DNA from: Vicugna vicugna
Lineage: Eukaryota
DNA length: 64,000 nucleotides
NCBI GenBank assembly: GCA_013265495.1
Contig: MU058781.1
Coordinates: 10,707,009 to 10,771,008, forward strand
Direction of reading: 5' to 3'
Of the stretch, positions 24,526 to 37,550 are shown one piece after another. Position 1 is the first letter of the stretch; every line of letters begins with the position of its first letter. The notes below the pieces were generated by a model. That model did not search any database. It was not told the DNA's origin and was given only the letters and a program-made list of their open reading frames with translations. A program made the translations under genes and the position numbers.

Positions 24526-27500
24526 CATCAAGGCATCTACTTCCCGTGTCTGACTGTTCCCCCTTGATTTCTATTATAACCTTTCTAGATAACCTCCTTC
24601 AACCCAGTGAGCCCACTCAGCCCCTGGAGTCCAGTTCTCTCTGGCTCATTTGGATTTTGTCCCATTGCAAACAAGGCCCACTTCTGACACTACAGAGAAA
24701 ATTCTGGGAAGCCAGAGAACCAGTGGATGAAAAAGGACGTGGCAGGATGCAGTGCTGGCTGGCATCTGTTCCCCATCAAGAATTTTGGCAAACCCAAATT
24801 TGTTTGGAGGGAAAGAATCTTGAACAAGTAATGTCTTGTTCAGACTTCCAGACAAATGGGTCATACCCATAGATCCTTATTTAAGACTAGAGTCAGAGGG
24901 GCAATGGCTTCCATATGTAAATTTTCTATTAAAAAAACCAAAATGTAACAAAATTCACAGAATGCTGCAACTACAATACACATCATTTCATATTCCTCAC
25001 TTCAAAAGATGTCTCAGAATCTTGCAATAGCACTTAGTTATCATTATGAACATTGGTGTCAACTAGAACAAGGCTGGGTTCATGGAAAGGCTTAGTTGTA
25101 GAGTTCACGATCTCAGAGATCACAATTAGGATGATAAACCCAACAACTCTTAGACAGAAGTATAAATAAATTGAGCTTCTCCAAACTGACCCTTCTGGGA
25201 TTTGTAGGAAATCAAGAGTTCTGCTGTTAACTGCAAGGGGGAAAAATGAAACTTTTTCATCTGTAATTTTCATATGGAAGTAAAATAGATTCTGAAACCT
25301 TAAAGTATCTAAATTTGGGGGTGGTAGTGAAGGAGCATGATTTAGTCTTAATAAGTGGCACACTTAACAATACAACAGGAAAGATCACATTGAATATATA
25401 TTAACAAGATATAAAATTTGTTCAGGGATAGAATATTCAGCTCCAGCCAACAAAAATCTAAATTCGGATTAGAGTTGAAGGCCAAAGAGGCAAAATGCAG
25501 GCGCCCTAAAGCCAGAGTGGAGAATTGGGTTGAACAATATGTATAAAGAATTGATGTTTTATACTCTCAGTACAGCAAGTTAATCCTATCAGGAATAAGT
25601 ATTGATTTACATTTCACATCTAACTTTCCTAGCTTCTGTCAAATTTAATGAATGTTGATGCAGATATTGATTTCTCTAGCAAAAGGAAATTAACAGGACA
25701 ATGTCCAATTTTGACCTTTACTTAATGAGCCATGTATGCATCAAAAGCCTTATAGAACATGGTGTTGATCAGCCACAGAGCTGCAAAAGCAGTCTTGGGT
25801 ACCAAAAAGAAAAAGTTCAGACTTTTAATGATCCCCTAAACTCATAATTACTGTAGAGACAGGGCTCAATAGAAATACAAAAGGGGGCAGTTCCCTTGCC
25901 ACAATCTAAGCAATGAGAAATCTTCAGCGGCTTGCACAATGTGGAAAATGGGATATGTCTACTTATAATTCAAATACCATCTTTTACAAGGCCCTGAGGG
26001 GAGTTTATTTAATAGCAATCCTGAATAAAACCTCTGGCTGTGTACCTTGATGTCTAAAAATAAGTCCCAGCACATGTTTGTTTAAATCAGTGCTACGGGA
26101 TAAAGCTTGACTTTCATTTTGATGTCCTTTTGGGCAAAAATTCAATTCCAGATCACCGCAAAAAAAAAAAATCACATAATATTCTGTTGATCTGCTGTTT
26201 CTAATCACTACATTTTGTTTTTTCTCTAATATGTGCTTTGTCTAAAGGATTGGGATGCATGGAAATAATCAAATAAATGTCTGGATCCTCTGAATAAATG
26301 TCCTTAACTAGGTAGAGAAAGTAGAGCTGTGATCAAATGTCACATTTAAGGTCATATCTGGCTAGTGTAAACTCCAAGAAACTTCTGTATTTTGTAATAT
26401 ATTGTAAAATTGTAGTTTTTTGTATCAAATTGCTCAAAAGCAATTGCTATTACTAAGTCTTGAGTATAGTTTCTTAGGTAAATATGTGTGATAATGGCGT
26501 TTGTTGTAACAAGATTCCGATAGCCCAAAGTGTAAGTTATTGGTATAGGACTGTAAGGAGGTCTATACTTTTCGTTGAATTAATAAATTTTGAAGCACTT
26601 CATGACTGTCTGTCTGACTTCTCTGTTAGTTTAAATTATGGAATTCTCAAACTCAACAGGTCCAAGGAAGGGCAAATGGAGCCCAGAGGCATTATGAAAA
26701 TGGCTAAAGAAAAAAGAAATAAGAAGTAGAAAGGAGATTAGCTCCAAGTGAACTGGTCACACATAATACAGGGACACACCAAGCATCTTGTAAAAGGAGG
26801 GAGGGAGGTCATTATCTGCTTTGCAGAAGTGTTCAATGAATTCCTTGACTACTGAACAACTCTAGTTTCTTCAAAAGTTATGAAGAAGAATTCAAATTGT
26901 ATACAGTCTACAGGTATAGACTGCCCGAAATAATGCGTACTTGTAAACTAAACTGTGCATAAACATATCCTCTCTTTAAATAAAATCCATTTAGTCAGTG
27001 CATATATATTATTCTGAGTGGACCATCTGACTTCTCGAGATTCTTTCCAGTTCAGGGAGTCTATAATTTTATATCTTAAATGCTCTAGCAGTGTGCAAAG
27101 ACCCTTTAAGAGCTATGGGATTGGGAATGATTTCATTTTTATATTAATGCTATATCATAGTCACATGATGTTCTTCCCTCTAAGGATCTAGGAGAGCTTT
27201 CCTGACATTTTCTAATTAACTTTCCTTGCATTTCTCAGAAGCATGAATAAGGCATATGTTATTATTCACTTTGTAGGCACAGCAAAGTTAAGTGCCTAGG
27301 GATAAAAAAATAGAGTGAATCTACACTTATAAAGCTTGGATACTCAAATTAACAAGACTTGCTGTACTTCTACTAAGGCTGAATTTACAAAGAAGGTAGC
27401 TACACGTAATCCTAGATTTTTGAAAGGAAAAATTTAAAATCTCACATTTTTGAAGAGAGTTGTCTAGAATTGTATGCATGACACCGGCTCACTATCTGTA

Positions 27501-28254
27501 GTACAAGGATCTGAGAGGTTCTGAAGGCAGCCTTCAGAAAAAACCAAATCAAAACCAATGGATGGATTCCAATCATCTCAACTAGTCATTTTGTTGTATA
27601 TATAAAGTTATATTTTTAAAGTCCCATTAAAATGTATTAAGGAGAAATGAAAGCATGGAAAAAATATAAATGACAACATAAGGCTGAATTCTGGTGAACA
27701 AGGTCTATTTTGACTTGGATGTGCCACCCATTATAACTTAAATAATATATTTCATCCCCACAAATAACCTTAATGGATGTAGAAACTGAGGTTCAAATGT
27801 TCAAATAATTCTTTAAAAGCATGAGTATTTATAGACAGAGAAGGTTTTTGCCTAATTTTCTTTCTGTCTTCCAAATCAAACAAAATTTTCAAAGGTTTTT
27901 TGTTTTGTTTTGTTTTGTTTTTTTACCTCAGTGGAGTGGCATGTAGTCATTAAGAAACATGTGTTTTTAGTTATATTCCATAAAATTTGAGGTAAAAATG
28001 CTACAAAAATATAAGACAAAAAGGAAAGTTCCCTACTTTTCCATCTCATTTTTTGTCTGCTTGCTTTATTTTTTTTTTAAAGGATGGAGCAAACTTCTGA
28101 TTGAGGAAGTATATAATAAGCAGCTAAGATTTATCCGGGCTTAAATCCAACAGAATCATAAATCTTCTATCCGAAATCATAAGGGCCTTGATTTTGTATT
28201 TGTGTGGTGGCGAAGGACGGACAGACACAAAGCAACTGAGACAGAAAGTAGACA

Positions 28255-28414
28255 GATATAGAGGTTGGTAGGTAGGTAGGTAGCTAGCTTTCTAGATAGT
28301 AGGTAGACTGATAGATGGATGGATAGATAGATCAATAGAAAGATTGATTGCTCGATCGATCAATAGGTAGATATTAGATAGATAGAAACACTAGATAGAC
28401 AGATAGATAGATAT

Positions 28415-28449
<35 letters not shown>
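28255..28449 (+). repeat. Compound (GGTA)n/(GATA)n tetranucleotide microsatellite
   Basis: Degenerate array ending in an uninterrupted (TAGA)n run at about 28415-28449. Confidence 0.95.
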
Positions 28450-28499
28450 CACGACAGACAGGCATAGCAGTAAGAAAGGAGAATTCCACTATAAGTATT

Positions 28500-30074
28500 G
28501 CTCAATAGCTTCTATAAGACCAACCCTGCTAGAGATAGCAATTATAAGTTCTGGAAAAATAGAAACCAGCTACTTGAAGGTAGCAGTGAGTGAACAAAAG
28601 GAGACAAAGAGTGGAGGAGGAACATTTGAAAGAAAGGGAATTATAGTCAGTAGAATAGTATCCACCCCACTGAAAGCTATGTTCAGGCCCCTATCTTCAC
28701 ACCTACGAACGTGACCTGCTTTAGTAATAGGGTCTTTGGAGATGTAACCAAGTTAAGATGAGGTCATACCGCAGTGACTGTTTCCTTGAAAGAGGAAAAT
28801 TTGGATATGAAGTTTACAGGGAGAATGGCATGTGATGATGGAGGTAGAGATTGGAGGGATACATTTACAAGCCAAGAAACATCAAGAATTGCTGGCAACC
28901 ACCAGAAGCTAGGGGAAAAAACAAAGAATCTTCCCCTAGAACCTTCAGAGAGAGCAAGGCCCCACTGACATCTAGATTTCGTACTTCTGGCCTCCAGAAC
29001 TATGAGAAAATAAGTCTCTTTTTTAAGATACCATGTTTAAGGTAATTTATATGGCAATACTAGGTAACTAACGCAGGAATGATACTGTCTGAATTTCTTA
29101 TTTTACATCTTTTATTCTGAGAGTAGTCCCCAGTACTTGATGTCAGATAGCTCTAATTCCAGTAGAAAAATATCAGCATTGTGGATTGATGATTCAGAAC
29201 AGAGTCTGAGGCAACCACATCCCTTGAAAGTGAGGACATAAATTCCAGAAAGGAAAAAGTCAGAGAAGAGGAGCCTCAGTTTCTACATATAATCTCTCCC
29301 TAAGTTTCTGGCTGACTGTTGCATGATTCAAATTATATGCATTGTGCAAGCAAAAAGCAGCCCTGGCAAAACTGAAAAAACAACTGCAAGGAAAACAAAA
29401 TAGAATTTTCAGTTTGAGTTAAGCCAAGTTAATAGTCTGCAAAAACAAACACAGAACTCTTCAGAGGAACATATAATAGGCCCAAAGTTTCAATGATATG
29501 TCATTCATAATGTACAGGATACAACCCAAAATAGCTCAACATAAGAAGAAATAGGAAAACATAAGTCATTCTGCACAGAAAAGACAATGAATAGAAACCA
29601 GCTTTATTCATAGACATTAAAATTAGCACATAAGCAGTTATTATTAGCATGCTCAAGTCTATAAAAGAAAATTGATAGAGAACCTCAGTAGAGATATAGA
29701 AACTATAAAAAAGAATCTAATGGAAATTCTATAACTGAGGACTGTAATATTTAAAATAAAAAGTTCACCAGATGGGATTAACAGCAAAATGGAGATTACA
29801 TAGGAAAGATTTCAGAAATTTGAAGTCAGCTCAATAAAAATGAAGAACATAAAAAAAAAAAAGACCTAAAAGCAACTAAGGGACTTGTGAGATGATTCAA
29901 AAGAAGAGAAGAGAGAAATAATGAAGCAAAAAAAAAAAGTTAGAAGAAATAATGACTGAATATTTACCAACTTAAATGAAAGCCATTATTTTACCAATTC
30001 AAAAAGCTCAGCAAACACTGAGCAGAATTAACACAAAGAAAATCTCACTTAGACACATGACAGTCAAACTGCTG
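28500..30074 (+). mobile_element. Old L1M 5'UTR plus ORF1 N-terminal part, interrupted by an MLT1C-like LTR
   Basis: L1 5' motif 'gaccaaccctgctagagatagcaattataagttctgg'. ORF1-like 'aatggaaattctataactgagg...gatgggattaacagcaaaatggag...aaagctcagcaaacactgagcagaattaacacaaag...agtcaaactgctg'. Confidence 0.8.
28642..29075 (+). mobile_element. MaLR solo LTR (MLT1C-like)
   Basis: 'aatagggtctttggagatgtaaccaagttaagatgaggtcatac', 'tgctggcaaccaccagaagctag', 'acttctggcctccagaactatgaga'. Perfect 5-bp TSD GGAAT at 28637-28641 and 29076-29080. Confidence 0.95.
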
Positions 30075-33000
30075 TATTTTCATATAAATGTTAAAATAAA
30101 TATTTCACTTTCTACAAAATAATCTGCTTAGATTTTGATTGTGGTTTCTTTGAATCTTTAGAGATAATTAAGAAGTTGTAACAATTTTGAGATTCTTAAC
30201 ACATGAAAAAAGTACACAATTCATTTATTTAGATTTTCTTTAATTTCTCTCAGCAAAATTTTGGAGTTTTCAGTTTATAGGTCTTTCCTGTGTTTTGTTA
30301 AATTTACTCTTAAATACTTCATGTTTTGATATATTTCAAAGTTTTTATTTTCATTTCAATTTCCAGTTGGACATTGCTAGTGTAGAAATATGATTAAGGC
30401 TTGTGTGCTGAACTGGTATCCTTACTAAAATCCTGTATTACACCCGGAAAGTTTTTGTACATATTTTAGGATTTTTCTAGTTAGAGAATAATATTGCTGC
30501 AAATAAAATGTTTTATTTCTCTTTTCCAAAATGGGTGACTTTTACTTTTTTTCTTGCTTTATAGAACTAGATAGGGCCTCCAACACAAAGTTGAACACAA
30601 GTGGTGAGTGAAATATCCTGGCTTTGTTCCTGATATTCGGGTGAAAGCACTCTTTCACCATTATGTACGATGTTAGTTCTAGGTTTTCATACATGCACTC
30701 TATCAGGTTAAGGAAGTTCTCTTCTATTTTTTCTTTGCTGAGAGTTATTCTTTTTTTTTTAACACAAATGTATATTAAATGTTGTCAAATACTTTTGCTG
30801 TCTCTACTGATATAAATACTTATTTTTTTCTCTTTTAGTCTCTGAATGTGATGAATTAAATTGATTTTCACATGTTAAACTAACTTTGCATTTCTAGGAT
30901 AAATCCTGTTTGGACATAAAGAGTTATAACTTTTATATATGGTTGATTATAATTTTATAATTTGAAAATAATTTTTAATCTTTCTGCTTGTGGGATATCA
31001 GTCTAGTTTTCTAGTAATGTCTTGGTCTCATTTTGTTTTCTGGGTAATTCTAGCTTCATAAAGTGAGTTGGACAGTTTGCCACTATCTTTTTTACATTCT
31101 GGAAAAATTTGTGTAGAATTATAATTTTTAAAATTTTAGAAGTATTTAGTATAATTCAATAGTAAAATTATATTGTCCTGAAATTTTCTTTTTGAAAAAG
31201 TTTTATATTACTAGTTTAGTTCACTTAATTGATATAGCGTTATCTGGGCTATCTATGTCTTCTTCAGTAAACTCTTTTGGTATGCGACTTTCAATTAATT
31301 TGTCATTTGTATCTAAATCATGGAATTTATTGGCAAAAGATTGTTTATAATACTCTAATGTCACCCTTTTAATATTTGCATTTTTTATAATTATTCTGTT
31401 CATTTCTCATATTGGTTATTTTGGTTTCTCCCTTTTTTCCTTCATTAATCCAGATAAAGGTTTCCAATTGTATTGATATTTTTACAGAATCAACTTGGCT
31501 TACTTTGATTTTTCTCTGTTTTTCTGTATTCCACTTCATTGTGTTGTTTGTTTGTTTGCTGTTACCTTTATTATTAGCTTCTTTCTGCTTAATTTGAATT
31601 TAATTGCTCTTCCTTTGCTAATTTCTAAAAGTATTACTTGAAGTAATTGCTTTGAAATATTCTTTTCTCAGGCAAACATTTAATCTTATATATTTCTCTC
31701 TAGTGACTGCTTTAGTTATATTCCACAAATTTGAACATGTTTAATTTTCTTTTAGTTCAAAGTATTTTCTATTTTCCTTTATTGTGTATGTGTGTGCGTG
31801 TGCATGTGCGTGTGTGTGTGTGTGTGTAGCCTATGTATTGTTTTAACATCATTATGATTTTTCTTTTTAATTTTATTTTTCTGGAGTCAGAAAACAAAAG
31901 TATGATTTCAATTTGTTTAATTTATTGAATTTTGTTTTATCATACAACTTGGTAAATATTCCATTGCATTTAAAATGAATTTGTATTCAGCTATTGTTAG
32001 GTCAGTGTTTTATAAATGTTAAAAAGGTCAAGTTTGTTGTTGGTGTTTTTGAAGTTTATATTCTTGCTGATTTTTTCCCTACTGATTCTATCAATTACTG
32101 AGATAGGTTTGTTCAAATCTCTACCTATACTTGTTGATTTTTCTATTTCTTATTTCATCTCTGTTAAACTTTGTTCTGTGTACTTTAAGGCACTTTTATT
32201 AGAGCTGTACACATTTTTTATTATTATAACTTCTAACTATTGATCTCTTCATCATTGTGTAATGTCCCGAATTAACTTTGGCAATTTTCCTTCTTATCAA
32301 ATCTACTTTCTTGATACTAATATAGCCATTCCAGTTTTCTTTTGATTAATAATTACATGATGTCCTAAACTAAGCCTCCAGAGATATTATAAACTAATCT
32401 CTGGAAACAGTAAATGTCACTTTATATGGCAAAGACTTTGCAGATGTAATTAAGTTAAGAATAAGAGAGAGATTATCCTGGATTATCTGAGTGAGTCCTA
32501 AATGCAATCACTTTTGTCCTTATGAGAGAGAAACAGAGGGAGATTCTACACAGACAGAAGAGATGAAGGCAATATGACCTGAAGGCAGTGATTAGAGTGA
32601 TGCAGCCACAAATCAATGAATGCTGGAAGTCATCTTAAGCTGAAAAAGGCAAGAAACAGATTTTCTTCTAGATCCTCTGGAGGGACTGCACCAGTGCTGA
32701 CATTGATTTTGGTTCAGCGATATGACACTGATTTCAGACTTTTGGCATCCAAAACTGTGAAACAATAAATTTCTATTGTTTTAAGCCACCAAGTTTGTGG
32801 TAATTTGCTTTAGCAGCCACAGGGAGCTAATAGACATAGTATATCATCTCATTTTACTTGTAATCTATGTCTCTTTAAAAAAAAAAAAAACCTGGGTTTC
32901 CACTAAGTAGCGTAGAGTAAGATCTTTCTTTATTATTCATCTATTCCTGATTTTAATTGTGTTATTTAGGACACTTATATTTAATGTAATCACATATATA

Positions 33001-35630
33001 GTTGGGTTAAATATACTATATGCTATCTGTGTTCTATTTGTTCCATTGATTCTGTATCCTAGTTTTCCTCTTCCATGCCTTTCTTTAGATAGAATCGTTT
33101 CACAGTTCTATTTTTTTCTCTATCTCTTGTTTGTAAACTATATTCCTTTGTTTCATTCTCTTCAGTAGTTGCTCTAGACATGTGTGACATATTTTAATTT
33201 TTTACAGTTTACTTTCAGATAATGTTATATTATTTCACATATGGTGCCAGAACCATTACTGACTTCCATTCTTTGTGAGATTTTTGTCACAGTTCATTTC
33301 TTTATATCTTATAAAGTCCCACTGTTACTAATTTAAATATGGATTATTAAGTCTTTTCTAAAAAGATTAAAAATTAAAACTAATTCCTTTATATTTACTC
33401 ACACTTTTTGCTATTTCTAGTGCACTTCAATTTACTGTGTGTCAAAGTTACACCTGGATATCATTCTTCTACTGAATAACTTTCTTTAACATTTTTTGCA
33501 GGTTAAGCCTACTGGCAATAAATCTTCTCAGGTTATGTTTTCCAAAAAGATTTTCTTTTATCCTAATTTATGAAACATATTTTATCTGGACATAGTTTTT
33601 ATTTCTTCTTTAGTAATTTCATTATATTGTTCTATTGTCTTCTGGCTTAAGAAGACTATTGTGGTTCTTGTCTTTTAAATTGTATGTGTAATCTCTCTCT
33701 TTTTTTGGCCACTTTCATGATTTTCTCTTTATCCTTTGTTTTCTTCTTCCCCATTCTCTTTATCTTCTTCTTTTGCAACTTCAACTTCAAGCCTTTATAT
33801 TTACCCACTATTCTACAGCTCTTGTAAGATCTGATTTATTTTTTTTAACCATTTCTTTGTGTCTGGGGGGGGTGTGTGTGTGTGTGTGTGTGTTATAGTT
33901 ATTATAATCCTATAACTGTCTTTGAGTTCACTGATTTGTTTGACTGTGTTGTGTCTAGCCTACTTGTAAGCTAATTGATGAAATTATTCACCTCTGATTT
34001 TTTTTCATTTCTAGTATTTCCATTTGACTCCTTTGTATAATTGTAATCCCTCTGTGAAATTCCTTACCTGTTATGTATACTGTTTATCTTTTCTACTATG
34101 TCATTTAACATATTAATTATGTTTTAAATCACTGTTCCAACAACTGGGTCATTTCTAAGTATGTTTCTGTTGATTGCTTTAGCCTTTTGAAAGTGAGTTT
34201 TTTCTTGTCTTTTATTTTTGTTCTGTTTCTCATAAGTTTTAATTGGATGCTAGATTTGATGTGTAAAACAACAGCAGAGACTGAGAAATATAGCATTTAT
34301 TATTGGAAATGAGCATGCCTCTTCTTCTGCCAAGCCATTAGTGTACTTGGTTCAGTCATTCTAGTCTGTAGTTGGACTAGGTATTGTTTTGTTATTGCTC
34401 TAGTTACTTTTATTCCTCCACAGACTTTTAATTCCTCCGGTGATAAACCACTGCTACTTTTGCTTACTGTGAGGCATGGAGAGCTAAAGAATTTTCTTTG
34501 TATTCCTTCTCCACTGTCAGATTTTGGCAAAGTCTTGTCTCCACACTCTTGCTGTTTCTTCAGGATATAGTCCTGTTGATTTTTACTTGGTGCAGAGCTG
34601 TGATAGGAATAGGGTACTTCTCCATTCTTCTGTTCTACTTTCAGTCTTTGGCATGCCATATACACCTGAGCATCAAAGCATCAAAGGGGGAGCTTTCTCA
34701 CCACTTCTGTTCCTTCCTTACTGGCAAATGACCTCTTCCTTAAAAGTAAGGTCTAGAAAGTGGGCATTCTACTTACACCCCATGTCAGTCAAACTCTTCT
34801 TTATATTGGTGGGAAGCTATAATGATAGTGATTTTCCTGCCCTCTCCTAGCAACAGAGATCTCCATCTTATACCACTGCAGGATCCTGGATAACAGCTGT
34901 GTCCTGTTCCTTTACAGTAGCACATGTTTTTGCAATCACATTAACACATTGTGGAGGTTATTTTTCTACATTCCCCTCAGTGATAGCATACCTATGCTTC
35001 AAATCAAGGTAGAGACTGAGACGGTAAGAAGAAACTTTCCCTTTCTCCAACATCAGATAGCTTTTGTTCTCATGTTCAAGCAGGGTCCAGGGATGAGTAG
35101 CAGCAGTCAATCATCATTTTGTAATCATATAAGCATAGACAAACTTCTCTGGGTAATACTTCTACATCCTTAAACCTAGACAGGACCTGCACACCTGTGC
35201 TATAAAGGATGTTTCTCTCAAGTCTCTTGACTTTATCCCAATATTTTATATGATCACCCAGTGGAAGCCAGTGGTTAGTGGCTGACAATGGGTGTAGACT
35301 CCCCTTTTGAGCGCTGTTTCTGAAGATTTTAAACTAATATTTTAACCCCTACTCAGTCTTTAAAAATTAGTTGAAATTTTATTTGTAGTTTCCTTGCTCA
35401 CTTTTATGGCAGCTTCCTCATCTTCCCATACTTGCCAAAGGTAAAATATTCATGTGACCCGTCTCTCCTTGGAGGGTCTAACACCTTGGAGTATTTAGTT
35501 TACCTGGTTGCCTTGTAATTTGAGCTCTGTGATGGGCTAAAAAATATGAATGTTTAAGATTAAACAGCTTTTTCTTATCATTAAGATGAGAGTGGCTCTT
35601 ATGTGGCTTTCTACATCCTTACTGTAAGTG
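30075..35630 (-). mobile_element. Old L1M element (5'UTR, ORF1 and N-terminal/central ORF2), antisense, 3'-truncated, interrupted by an MLT1 LTR
   Basis: T-rich antisense ORF2 text ('tctatcaggttaaggaagttctcttcta'). ORF 31221-31403(-) 'NIKRVTLEYYKQSFANKFHDLD' matches the ORF2p motif IKRIIREYYEQLYANKFDNL. ORF1 antisense at about 33.4-34.3 kb; 5'UTR-like sequence to about 35.6 kb. Confidence 0.85.
32361..32834 (+). mobile_element. MaLR solo LTR (MLT1C/D-like) nested in L1
   Basis: 'gactttgcagatgtaattaagttaag', 'gattatcctggattatc', 'aataaatttctattgttttaagccaccaagtttgtggtaatttg'. Degenerate TSD catga/catag. Confidence 0.92.
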
Positions 35631-36947
35631 GGAATCTGTAAATATTAAACATACATATTTAAGCTTACATATTTTTTGTTTGCATCAAAAGTAATCCAGA
35701 GCGATATCAGTAAGAATAGGCTGTGTCACCAAAAATATCACTGTCTTTAAATAACAGTAACACTACCTGTCCAATTTAGGAGGGCAAAAGATAGGCTCAA
35801 AATCATTTTCACGCTGGGATCTAGGCTGTCGGAGTCATCTGGAATTTTTAAAATTTATTGTGACAGAGAAACTTGAATTGAATATGAATAGTAAAATGAA
35901 CATAATTTTCATCACTAGAGAAATGGACTCAATCATTTTTTCATAGATCCTGCTATAATCTTCATTAATCTCCAAGTTCTTCTGAAACTATAGCTAAAAA
36001 TCATAGTCAAGGTTTTGGTACTTAGAAAGGATTAAACTAGATTAACATCACTTCTTACAGAACTTGGTCTAAAATCAAGACTCATTTATGTTTGGGTGTG
36101 TGTTGCAAACCCACTATATTATTGAGTTTACTAAGGAGAATACAGACTCTAGTTCTAATAAGATGGTGTTTTAGCCAATACTCAGTTGGTTATATTAGGT
36201 TCAGTTCTTTTCTCTGAGGATAGAGTTGATTAGGGAAATCATAAGAATCAAGAAGATTCTTGGGGTGTAAAACAGAACTTTTGGAAAAGAATTAAACTTC
36301 ATTATTTTACTTAGAAAAGAAAAAAACTGAGGAGAGATTTAGTAAAAGTCACTTCAGGATCAGAAGGGTCTTTACCGATTAGTTCTCCTATTTCTTATTA
36401 AAGAGACTTTATTCTGTGGAAAAATAAAATGAGCTTCTAATAAAGGATCAGAAATTTAGGTTGAAAGTAAGAAAAATCTGTCAGCAAGGACATTTAATCT
36501 TTGTAGTGAATTTCCAAAGAAGTTTTTCAATCCCATTTCTGGATTTTTTAATACTCAGATATTATCTCATCTGTCTGATTTTTAAAAAAAAATATTGTCT
36601 GGAAGGGTGGATTCTAACCGTACAAGGACTTTTTTATTCAAATATTTTATTTTCTTATGGGAAAAATAATAATATATAGCTTGCTTTTTAATAATGCTTT
36701 AAGCTTTTTCCAAAATTTTAAATATTCATGTTCTGATTTGAATATTACAAACTTTAGATAAGAAGTCTAAAAAATATTTCTTTTCCCCCTTCGCAGATAA
36801 GAAAACTAACACAGAGATAATACAGCCAGTAGGTGACACACATTGGACCATAATATGTTCTCTTTCAACACAACAACCTTGATTCAGTCTTTTACCGTAG
36901 TGCACTTACAGTTTGACATTAAATCTTGGAAACCAAAGAATTCTAGT

Positions 36948-37013
36948 AGTGTGTGTGTGTGTGTATGTGTGTGTGTGCGCGTGTATGAGAGAGAGAGAGA
37001 CCGAGACAGAGAG
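36948..37013 (+). repeat. Compound (GT)n(GA)n microsatellite
   Basis: gtgtgtgt...gcgcgtgtatgagagagagagaccgagacagagag. Confidence 0.9.
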
Positions 37014-37458
37014 TCTGTGTATTTGTTGGTGACAAAACAAATATTGTTTAATAGACAGAATGTACACCCCCAAGTGACTGTGGATCTACAAAGTATTATC
37101 CCAAATATCTTTTCCATCTGATGGGCTCCACTGTGAAATGTATCTCAGATTCTGTCTTCAAGAGTCTTCCATTCCAAACTGAAATTTCTATCCCATACAT
37201 TTGAACAAGAGACCAGAGGTTAAGCTTGGAAGTAGTATTTATACCACCATCACTAATATTTTTCCTCAGAACTTAATCAGACAATGTGGTGAATCAGGCA
37301 GGCCCTGAAAGTCCATCACCTCTTCAATATCTCACTCTATAACTTTAAATCCATACTGTAATTTATAATTTGCAACTTCCTAAACCCAAAATCCTTGAAT
37401 TAAACCACAGGAGATTGAGATATTCACTATTCTATCAAAGGCATTTTAAGATTTTTTC

Positions 37459-37550
37459 AAATATATGTATGTATATGCATGACTGGGACATTGTGCTGTA
37501 CACCAGAGATAGACACGCTGTAACTGACTATACTTCAATTAAAAAAAAAA
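37459..37550 (+). mobile_element. Young, extremely 5'-truncated camelid-type L1 tail with poly(A) and TSD
   Basis: 'tatatgtatgtatatgcatgactgggacattgtgctgtacaccagagatagacacgctgtaactgactatacttcaatt(A)10', flanked by AAGATTTTTT on both sides (37448-37457 and 37549-37558). Confidence 0.85.
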
